The translations under genes were made by a program, and so were the position numbers. Below are positions 19,501-26,371 of a stretch of DNA of 64,000 nucleotides, in pieces; positions within the stretch are counted from its first letter, which is position 1; the number at the start of each line of letters is the position of its first letter. Source of the DNA: Candidatus Latescibacterota bacterium (GTDB taxonomy: Bacteria > Latescibacterota > UBA2968 > UBA8231); NCBI GenBank assembly GCA_965243025.1, contig CBDETY010000003.1:3488001-3552000 (forward strand), written 5' to 3'. Under the pieces are notes generated by a model. That model was given only the letters and a program-made list of their open reading frames with translations. It had not been told where the DNA came from and ran no database searches.

Positions 19501-19847
19501 TCTTCTGCTACTCCTGTCTGCTCGGTAACCTGGTGGAAGGCGTCAACAGCCTTTTCATGTGAGCCGCTTCGCATGTGAGCGTTACCGAGCTGATACCAGG
19601 CGGCTGCCAGTATCGGCAACTCCAGTTCATCTCCGAAACTTACAACTACACTGTCGGTTCGAACCGCCCGGCTGTTGAACTTGACGATCTTGCTGTACTC
19701 GATTATCGCGCCTTCGTACTCGCCGAGGGCATATAGTGATTGGCCCGCGTCGAATTTTGTTTTCAGGCTCTGAGGAACGGGTAGGAAGAGGCTAGTTCCC
19801 ACTCCGAGCCCCAAGACGATCAGTCCCAACCAAACCGTCATGACCAA
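16596..19847 (-). CDS. Very large tetratricopeptide-repeat protein with an N-terminal membrane anchor/signal
   Basis: 1083 aa. A hydrophobic N-terminus (VWLGLIVLGLGVGTSLFL) precedes many CpoB/BamD-like TPR units of the form YPxSxxAxxAx[YF]xxG. RBS AAGGAG upstream; the start may be ATG 19841. Confidence 0.9.
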   Translation of the reverse strand: MVMTVWLGLIVLGLGVGTSLFLPVPQSLKTKFDAGQSLYALGEYEGAIIEYSKIVKFNSRAVRTDSVVVSFGDELELPILAAAWYQLGNAHMRSGSHEKAVDAFHQVTEQTGVAEDFRQLVQFRVAETRFLQKEFDKAADEYKRYVEMFPDSKLAGESLFYAGWSEFNLESYDQSITTLTSMLERYPEDRYAPDSQFRIASCYYEKAEYQRSVDEAQAVLDRYPLSPVIASATYLKAQAFDEMDRPNEAIEAYREVRDLYDRMYELLRGSFREGKNVDFENYRQLFETSSLRVAEIYRKQGEFEEAYRELISAQETAEERFYKAKVQMRLGDNYMEWERFDDAWNTYNQVITLYGDTPYPANAQYQKGEARYFAGSYEEARTEYRLVTQNYPDSETSLRAQALYSAGWSSEKLGDYEEAQSLYTEVVESFPRSNQAPLCLLRIGRVNTEQQRFEEAISAYETIAENYGDTKHAADGNYGLGILYKQAGRLEEAIAAFSRVGRKAREVYVASLVEAANIHIGEGRPEQGKELLSELLAGVSGDRDLEATAHYQIAQLDLNNKNYVDAISRYTKVIEEYPEAGVVRDAHYGRGLAYHYANRYTNAVADYMWLLESDLPETMVLKVEFSMALSLSAQGKDDEATELLNKVIDSGDETLARNAQLQLISMAEKQDPQDAIRTYENMLEKLQSEEDKVRVLIRLASAYFRLEQYDRSIQASQQLIDLAVDVESISNALFVQANSFFRSGNLEQAIATYQTIIDNYPQIGWARNAQFQIGVAYNSLSGGGNVQYLPLMVEAFRKYHQTYPDDEKAVYAHYYDAWASYRMGKWREASTAFDQLAKSYPTSRFAPEALFRSGEAVFNLAQGLMREEKNKIFSEAMGKYDRVLSRYSRSEYVDDALYNKAWALIHLGRKEEALPIFERIVDKHPDGYYGPKSQFTLGDFYYSEKVYDKATESYQRFLEIYPDDRLKKDEDKKLRRKATVLLGHLSEIDAYNVYAEGEKLFDKEQYVEAIQIFQQVLDKYPESDQAVNAAVNIGAAYMAQEDYRKAADVFKTVVEKYSEAARFSPQVDFSKQQLQALEEARVI

Positions 19848-19893
19848 AACTCCTTGCCGGTTGTTCTACGCACAGAAGAAATGGGGTTAGGGG

Positions 19894-20829
19894 TTACAGC
19901 TTGTAAGAAATGGAGAAGCGGTGCGACCCATTGGTTTCGGTCAGGTCGAGCGGGATATGGTAGCCGTAGTCGAACAGCATTTTGTTCCACTGGTACCCGA
20001 GACCGGCATTGAGATCCCCACTGACATCCTCCTCAAGAACCCGGCTACCTCCGGCTCGCAACATCAGCCCTTCAACCAGGACGGTTTCGCCGCCGAGCAC
20101 CAGGCTCCTCTCAGTTTCCCCACCCAGATCGCGCATGACCCACTGGACCGAAACCATTGAGGTTTCCGCCACTGGGGCGGCTATCCCGACGTGCACATCC
20201 ATAGGCAACTTTCCGGCATCAGGATCGCCCGGAACGGATGTCTTTGCCACGTTCGGTTGGTTCAGGTTCTTCAACAGCACCCCCAGATTCGCCCCCCGCA
20301 ACGGCGACTTCCACAGCACGCCGATATCGACGCCCGGGGCTCCATTGCTGGTGTTCGACAGCGGATCAGCTCCCATAACCGGGTCGTCTGGAATGTCCCC
20401 GACGCTCCAGAACAGGTACTTCGCGGTCAAACCCAGGGACAAATTGCGGTTCAGTTGGTAAGAAAGGCCGAAGAATGCCCCGTTCTCACTCATCAGATCG
20501 GAGCCAATACGTTCATAGCCCAGACCCAGAGCCAGCTTTTCCCCCATAGGCTGGACAAAACTGGAGATGTGCTGCCCCAGATTGTCGCCGTCAATCCCGC
20601 CGAACAGCAGAGACACGTTGGTGTAGGCCAACTGACGGCTCTCGACCTGGGTCAGCCCCGCGGGGTTGGCGAATACCGCGTCGCCGTTGTCCGCTACCGC
20701 CGCAAAAGCGTTGCCCAGCGATGCCGAGCGTGCTCCCGCGCCGATATTCTGGATGTTCACAACTGCGTGCGCTGTGGTCGCCAAGGCCGTTATGGCGCTG
20801 GCGATTGCGAAAAAACGCCCTGCCTTCAT
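19894..20829 (-). CDS. PorV/PorQ/UPF0164 (FadL-like) outer-membrane beta-barrel
   Basis: Signal peptide, then GAGARSASLGNAFAAVADNGDAVFANPAGL. Further strands VDIGVLW, GVLLKNL, LRAG and FDYGY, ending in HRFSISYKL. Confidence 0.8.
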   Translation of the reverse strand: MKAGRFFAIASAITALATTAHAVVNIQNIGAGARSASLGNAFAAVADNGDAVFANPAGLTQVESRQLAYTNVSLLFGGIDGDNLGQHISSFVQPMGEKLALGLGYERIGSDLMSENGAFFGLSYQLNRNLSLGLTAKYLFWSVGDIPDDPVMGADPLSNTSNGAPGVDIGVLWKSPLRGANLGVLLKNLNQPNVAKTSVPGDPDAGKLPMDVHVGIAAPVAETSMVSVQWVMRDLGGETERSLVLGGETVLVEGLMLRAGGSRVLEEDVSGDLNAGLGYQWNKMLFDYGYHIPLDLTETNGSHRFSISYKL

Positions 20830-20859
20830 GAGCTCGATCCTCCTTGTGGTATTTCCCTG

Positions 20860-21639
20860 TTACTTGCTCGCAGTCTCGATTACAGGCTCGGCATCGCCGT
20901 ACCTGCGCCCGATGTCTCGTTCAAAACCGTAGGTGATATCGACCGCCTCGACCGGTTCATTCCGGTAGTCGAACCTCAGAACGCAATCGTGAACGATGAC
21001 ATTTATCTCGCGAACATCCGGGTGAAGTGCAGGAAAGATTACGAATCCTTCCTTCTCCTGTCCGCTGAAGATCTCTTCGTTCTTGAACATGGTGCGGTTC
21101 AGCAGATCCATCCGCTCCTGGTAACGGTTGTACTCATTACCGCGATACCCGATAGCATAGGCTCGGTAGTAGGTGTCCATCTGCTGTTTCCCGAGACTCC
21201 AGTACTCCCGGTTGTTCGATGCGACGAGCTGAACCCTTGCGGGATCAATCTTCACCTTCGGATAGGCGTAATTCTTGACGCTGAGGCGAAACACCGTAAA
21301 CCGGGTTCGCTCCTGCTCCCCTTCCCAGAACTTGGTATTCCCGTAGGTGTAGGGATTGGTGGACTTCGGTCCCGAATTCGAATGGGAAGCAAACTGCCGG
21401 TTGAGTTCCTCGTCGGTCATGGGGCGAAGCCTGACCTCGAGGCGATCCTGCGTGAAGGTGATACTGCCGTCGTCAGCGACACTCATCGCGCTCTGCTGGC
21501 TTTCGGCAGGTCGCAAGGGTGTGGCGTAGTGATAGTATCCACATGCCACCAAACCCACCGAAACGAGAGCAATTGCTGCGGAGTTAAGGAAGCGGGTTTT
21601 TTGCCGTGCTTTCGGTCCCAAATCCGGTCTCGCGAACAT
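20860..21639 (-). CDS. Hypothetical lipoprotein
   Basis: Lipobox GLVA-C, a beta-rich Ig-like body (FTVFRLSVKN, GQEKEGFVIF) and an upstream GGGAG RBS. Confidence 0.7.
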   Translation of the reverse strand: MFARPDLGPKARQKTRFLNSAAIALVSVGLVACGYYHYATPLRPAESQQSAMSVADDGSITFTQDRLEVRLRPMTDEELNRQFASHSNSGPKSTNPYTYGNTKFWEGEQERTRFTVFRLSVKNYAYPKVKIDPARVQLVASNNREYWSLGKQQMDTYYRAYAIGYRGNEYNRYQERMDLLNRTMFKNEEIFSGQEKEGFVIFPALHPDVREINVIVHDCVLRFDYRNEPVEAVDITYGFERDIGRRYGDAEPVIETASK

Positions 21640-21766
21640 GATCGAACGGACTCCCTAGTTGAGATCCTGTGCCTGCCCGGAGCCGATTTCCACGGTGCCC
21701 CGGGTTGTCCGAGATAAATACGAAAGAACCTTCAGCCGATGCAACTCCGCCGTAAGATAGTTCATT

Positions 21767-22687
21767 TCACGGGCGGATGGAAGCTTTTATTTGACCCCAC
21801 GACTTATCCACAATTGCGGTTTCTGCGGCCCCGCCGAGACCAACCAACTCAAGGTCGCTGAACCTCTCGGACAGCCGGAAGGCATTGTGCCCGCCACTCA
21901 GAGACCACTTGGCGTCGTAGAGTTCGGAGTGGGTGTCGAAATCGTTGAACTCCGCGTTGAATCCGAGCACCTCCCCTTCGCGTAAGTCGTGTTCCACACT
22001 GAGGAAAGAAGCTCCGACATCGATCCTGTCAAATGGGGTCAGCGCCAGTTCATAGGCGACGACCCCGGGGCTTGTCACAACCACCGCGGCCTTGGTGAAC
22101 TCCCCATCCGGTTCTGAATACCACCCCGCAGCCGAGAAATTGACGAAAAAATCGCCATCCGGGGGCGGGGGGCCGGACAGGATGAAGTGGTTTGCCTCAG
22201 TGCCGTTCAGACGCAACTGCTCCTCCTCGCTCAACTCCGAAAAATCCGCGAATTGACCGCCCGAATGATCGGCATCCAGGAAAATCTCCAGATCGTCGTC
22301 CTGGAATATCAGAGCCGGAGGGGTCCCCTCGGGACGATCAACCTGATGCACATCATCCACGACCACTGCACTTATATATAATTGATTAGAAGCGTCGTTC
22401 CAACCTACGCAGAGTGTGGTTCGGAAATCTGAGGGGTCCACCACAGCCCCGCTGACAAGATCTGTAAGCTGTTCTGTTGACACGCAAAAGTCGGAATCCA
22501 CAATTCCCCAATCCGACAGGTCGCCGTCGACCACAGGTATGAGATGGTCGGAAAAGTGAAATGCCCGCATGCTGACTCCGGGAGGTTGGTGAGCAATCGC
22601 CACCGAAACGGCTTCAGGTGTGCAGACCGCAACCGTAACCAAGGCAAGAAAACTCATCGCCGGCTTGCGGGTTTCAGCATCGACCAA
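21767..22687 (-). CDS. Secreted CBM9/DOMON-like sugar-binding-fold protein with a C-terminal SWGQIK tail
   Basis: Signal-like N-terminus, then PVVDGDLSDW, GWNDASNQLYISAVVVDD, DDLEIFLDAD, YELAL and LGFNAEFND. It ends ETAIVDKSWGQIKASIRP. Confidence 0.75.
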   Translation of the reverse strand: MVDAETRKPAMSFLALVTVAVCTPEAVSVAIAHQPPGVSMRAFHFSDHLIPVVDGDLSDWGIVDSDFCVSTEQLTDLVSGAVVDPSDFRTTLCVGWNDASNQLYISAVVVDDVHQVDRPEGTPPALIFQDDDLEIFLDADHSGGQFADFSELSEEEQLRLNGTEANHFILSGPPPPDGDFFVNFSAAGWYSEPDGEFTKAAVVVTSPGVVAYELALTPFDRIDVGASFLSVEHDLREGEVLGFNAEFNDFDTHSELYDAKWSLSGGHNAFRLSERFSDLELVGLGGAAETAIVDKSWGQIKASIRP

Positions 22688-22692
22688 GGACT

Positions 22693-23556
22693 CTATTCTT
22701 TCTCCTCCGTCCCGGAAACACCCTCATCCTGCATCTCGCCGCTCTCGTCGTGGAAGCGAATCAGCTTGATGTCGTGCAGTCCGATTCCGAAATCCCCGGT
22801 GCCGGACCTGCCGGAAAAGGCCGAGCCCACTCGCTTCTCGTAAATGCGGTTGGTTTCTCCGGCCAATCGCACGGTGCTGGCATCGACCGTGCCCTGGGTG
22901 GTGCGCCCGGTGCGGAATGTGACGGTCACGGTCCGGGATTCGGTTCCGGCTGCGGCCTTCGCGAAATCGAGCCGGCTTATCCTTGCCATCTCCTTTGAGC
23001 GCATTTTCAAACCCTGGAAATACTCGAACCGCCGCTTTCCGCGAAATCGGAGGTTGGAGACTTCGAAGCGTTCACCCGCCTCGTTGATGACCGTGGCCTT
23101 GAGTTCGACCTGAGGCCGGGCGGGGTCGGAGTGATGGAACAGTACGTCGCTGACCTCCGACATCAGGATCAGAAAAGGGCCGAGTTCCGTGACCCCACCA
23201 AAACGCTGCATCACGGAACCCCCGCCGAAACTGTCCTGATGAGGGGAGCTTCCGCTGCCGCCGGAAAAAACGGTGGCGTTGACCACTTCACCGGTTCGCA
23301 GGGTCACGGCAACCTGTTGCTCTTCGTCGTTCTTGTCGCCTTGCATTGTCAGCCGGTCGAGATCCTGCATTTTGAGGATGCGACGATGGTTGCCTACGTA
23401 GATCTCTATATCGTCGCCGCCCTGGTATGTGAGCCTGGAAACTTCGTGGCGGTTTCCGGCTCGATCCACGACGGTGGCTACGATGTCGGACTGTTGCGCT
23501 TCGACTGAACAAACAGCCGCCCCCGAGATTGCGATCAGTGCGGAAAGGATCTTCAT
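22693..23556 (-). CDS. Secreted hypothetical protein with two internal repeats
   Basis: Signal peptide VEA-Q. Repeat 1 is ATVVDRAGNRHEVSRLTYQG...VTLRTG...VSDVLFH; repeat 2 is ATVINEAGERFEVSNLRFRG...VTFRTG...IKLIRFH. Confidence 0.7.
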   Translation of the reverse strand: MKILSALIAISGAAVCSVEAQQSDIVATVVDRAGNRHEVSRLTYQGGDDIEIYVGNHRRILKMQDLDRLTMQGDKNDEEQQVAVTLRTGEVVNATVFSGGSGSSPHQDSFGGGSVMQRFGGVTELGPFLILMSEVSDVLFHHSDPARPQVELKATVINEAGERFEVSNLRFRGKRRFEYFQGLKMRSKEMARISRLDFAKAAAGTESRTVTVTFRTGRTTQGTVDASTVRLAGETNRIYEKRVGSAFSGRSGTGDFGIGLHDIKLIRFHDESGEMQDEGVSGTEEKE

Positions 23557-23621
23557 GGTTTATTCTCTGGCAAGTTGCGCTGATTCTGTTTCAGCATCCC
23601 CGTCATGACAATCGGTGCGGG

Positions 23622-24296
23622 CTACTCGATTCCGCCCTCCTCCTCGAGCTGCTGCGACTCGGTTTCGATGTTTATGTGAGTTATTCCGCCGTAGGTTACC
23701 TCTACCGGCCGGAACTCGTCGAGTCCGCTCGGTGAATTTTCGATACGCACCTTGTACGACCTTCCCGCCGGGACTATGAAATAACGAATCTCGGAGGAGG
23801 TCATTCCCTTGCCCAGAACAGTACGCATGTTGTAGTCCATGATGAGGAAGGGGATCTGTCGCCCCAAGTCCTCACCTCCGGTGAACCTGACAGAGAATCG
23901 CCCGAGGTTGACGGGGACATACTTCTCCTCTCCCAATCCGATTTCGACGTTCCGAATCTCCACATTGTCGTCGATGTCGGTATTGACGACGACCGTGTAG
24001 AGTCCCGGCGGAATATCGCACATCAACCGGAATTCCTGAGCACCCATCTCGTAATAAGCCGGGGAACTCGCCGAAAGACGGGGTGTATCGGAATACACCT
24101 CTTCATCGGTGTCCTGATCGATGACGTAGAAATTCAACTCGTTGATACCGCCAGCATCCAGAATAAGTCTACCCATCCCCTCCGGAATCGGTGCAGGACC
24201 ACCTCCCCCTCCGGAAGTAGTCGCACACCCGGTTGCGAGCAGGCAGCAGACGAGCAGTTGTAAAGCTATACGGTGAATTTCTCTTGATTTTGCCAC
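23622..24296 (-). CDS. Hypothetical lipoprotein (tandem beta-sandwich, carboxypeptidase-regulatory/PEGA-like)
   Basis: Lipobox LATG-C followed by a Gly/Pro tether. The motifs PPGLYTVVV and PAGRSYKVRI suggest two beta-sandwich units. GAAGGAG RBS upstream. Confidence 0.7.
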   Translation of the reverse strand: MAKSREIHRIALQLLVCCLLATGCATTSGGGGGPAPIPEGMGRLILDAGGINELNFYVIDQDTDEEVYSDTPRLSASSPAYYEMGAQEFRLMCDIPPGLYTVVVNTDIDDNVEIRNVEIGLGEEKYVPVNLGRFSVRFTGGEDLGRQIPFLIMDYNMRTVLGKGMTSSEIRYFIVPAGRSYKVRIENSPSGLDEFRPVEVTYGGITHINIETESQQLEEEGGIE

Positions 24297-24737
24297 GAGA
24301 CCTTGCTCCTTCCATCTGGCTTGAAATCCGGCAGACTACCTGAGAACTTGACGAGCCGATGTATCACTGTCAACGCTGGCCTGGTCCGACCGCTTCAGAA
24401 GGATCTTCCTGACGGCGAACATGCCCTCCCGTGGGGACCGTCGGCAGGGTTGGACGACAATGCGGGTCTTCAACGTCGTCGAAGAGAGGGACGATGCTGT
24501 TGTGGTCAGATTTCGACCTCGAGCCCACCAGTTGGAGAGTTGAGGGAATGATGGACCGTCTGTTCCGGGGGGCCATACCGAGTCCCCTGTTGGGTGTGTC
24601 TTGGCGCCGGTGTTGGAGCCTCACCCTCCTACCCGACCATGTACGGATACGAAGAGGGCTGTTTCCCGCGCAAAGCCCTCGGTGTCTGCTGCCGGAAACC
24701 CCGGATCACCCTGTCGAGCACCGTCCCACGCCTGTCT

Positions 24738-24775
24738 GAGGTTCTGCACCTATTTAGAGGTTCTGCACCTATTTA
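24738..24775. repeat. Perfect 19-bp tandem duplication (GAGGTTCTGCACCTATTTA x2)
   Basis: The copies are at 24738-24756 and 24757-24775. The second copy contains the stop codon of the 24773..25255 gene. Confidence 0.9.
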
Positions 24776-25255
24776 ATTGAATAGGTCTTTGACCTTCCCC
24801 CAAGTGGTGACGTCGACTTCTGTACCGATCGGTGGAGTTGGGGAGAGTCGGTGAATCGTCGCCTCGAAATCATCTCCCGAGACGGTTGTTGTTCCGCCGT
24901 TCTCCTTTACCAGAAGGAGGCTGCCGCGGTGCCCGGACCGAAACCAGTCTTCTGCCAACTCTGAAACGGACTGGTCTTGCTGCAGGAAATCATCGACGGA
25001 GAATATCTCGAAACCGAGCCGACCCAGCCCCGGAGAGCGGATATCTCCCGTATCCACTACCCCGAAAACCCGGATCTCCTCGATCTCGGCGGTCGCCCGT
25101 TCCAGATCCTGTGCCCTGCGTAACTGTTCATGTGAGTCGGGATCGAACAAGAGGAATAACTGGACGAATCCCGGATTTTGGGCTTCGGCGCCTGGGATGG
25201 CCAAGCCCAAGGCAAGGGCGACCATGACAGCTTTGTGAAAACAGGTGCGTCTCAT
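24773..25255 (-). CDS. Small secreted hypothetical protein with a C-terminal TTWGKVK tail
   Basis: Signal peptide AEA-Q and an alpha/beta body that may be a Cys-less thioredoxin-like fold. It ends PPIGTEVDVTTWGKVKDLFN. ATGA overlap with the upstream gene. Confidence 0.7.
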   Translation of the reverse strand: MRRTCFHKAVMVALALGLAIPGAEAQNPGFVQLFLLFDPDSHEQLRRAQDLERATAEIEEIRVFGVVDTGDIRSPGLGRLGFEIFSVDDFLQQDQSVSELAEDWFRSGHRGSLLLVKENGGTTTVSGDDFEATIHRLSPTPPIGTEVDVTTWGKVKDLFN

Positions 25256-26337
25256 TCAGCCCTGATCGTGAACGCCGGCTCGATTTCTCCCTGACCCTCC
25301 AGGATATTGACCTGTGACAGGTGGTCGTTGAGCACCTGTCCGACCTGGATCACCCCCACTCGCCTTGGCACGGCATATCCGAGGACCGCGTCGGTTTGTG
25401 GATCGCGAAGCTCGCGCCCCAGATCCCAGACCCCGAACTTGTCCCCGTTCCGGACCCCGTCCGCGGAGCCGACGTTAATATAAGCGCGGCCGGCATCGAT
25501 ATCTATGATTTTCGGCTCGGATACACTCAGCTCGGGGGCAGGGCGAACAACCGCTTCGACTCCCATGCCCAGTTGTTGCAGGCACTCGCCCACGGACTGC
25601 CCTACCAGGGTTTTGTGGAACTCCGGCGAACCCCATTCCGCTTCCCCCAGAAAGAAATACTCCCTGTCCATGGGAACATGTGCGGCCGGGTTGACGATAC
25701 CAGTGCGCTTGCTGTCGATCTGTCCCTCACATCGATACTCACCTGCAGGCTGGCCGTCGATGGCATTGTAGAAGAAGAGCTTTATCTCCGTAATTCCCTG
25801 ATAGCTCCTGTATCCACCCAGGGGAACAGTGGCGCGAAACCTTTTCATGCTGATGTCTCCGATTTCGCCGAGGACAACGACATCGGCTTCCAGCTGTCGT
25901 CCCAGATGTACGGCCTTGCCCGACTCGATTTTCCCGAGCCGCTCTTTTTTTCCGAGCCGCACGAACCCCGAATCCGGTGGAATGATTCGATAGGCATTGT
26001 AACGTCCCAGGGTATCGGCCAGTCCGCGGGCGAGCTGCCCGTAAATGTCCCAAGGCCCCTTGTATTTCGACAGATCGCGAAACGGTAGAATCAGGAGAAC
26101 CTTCTTGAGGGCATCTATGCTGTCTTTCTCAGTGACTGAGGATTTCACCGTCTCTTCGGCGGGTGCCGGCCGCGGGGAAGCGGCCGGTTCGGCCGTCGCT
26201 GATTCGGCGGCTTCCTGGTCTTGGGAAACGGTTCCACCGATCGATGCCAGATGAGAGCATCCCGTGCCGATGGCAATCAGCAAAGCCATGCCGGCAAAAG
26301 AGAGGGAACACCGCAGTTTCTGTTTCGAAATCACCAT
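25252..26337 (-). CDS. Lipoprotein with a CsgG/TolB-N-like alpha/beta domain and a FlgT C-terminal-like beta domain
   Basis: Lipobox GTG-C, then VLLILPFRD...AVHLGRQLEADVVVLGEI (CsgG/FlgT middle-domain pattern). The C-terminal part reads AYINVGSADGVRNGDKFGV..ELRDPQT..VLG. Confidence 0.7.
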   Translation of the reverse strand: MVISKQKLRCSLSFAGMALLIAIGTGCSHLASIGGTVSQDQEAAESATAEPAASPRPAPAEETVKSSVTEKDSIDALKKVLLILPFRDLSKYKGPWDIYGQLARGLADTLGRYNAYRIIPPDSGFVRLGKKERLGKIESGKAVHLGRQLEADVVVLGEIGDISMKRFRATVPLGGYRSYQGITEIKLFFYNAIDGQPAGEYRCEGQIDSKRTGIVNPAAHVPMDREYFFLGEAEWGSPEFHKTLVGQSVGECLQQLGMGVEAVVRPAPELSVSEPKIIDIDAGRAYINVGSADGVRNGDKFGVWDLGRELRDPQTDAVLGYAVPRRVGVIQVGQVLNDHLSQVNILEGQGEIEPAFTIRAE

Positions 26338-26371
26338 GAGATCCTCATTCCACCTGAGACATCTGGCCGTC

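Noticed and set aside
21804-21812. Perfect DnaA box TTATCCACA (possible oriC, given parAB in the window)
   Set aside because: It is a single copy inside a coding sequence, with no box cluster or AT-rich unwinding element.
24738-24775. CRISPR-like direct repeat
   Set aside because: There are only two adjacent copies, with no spacer and no cas genes.
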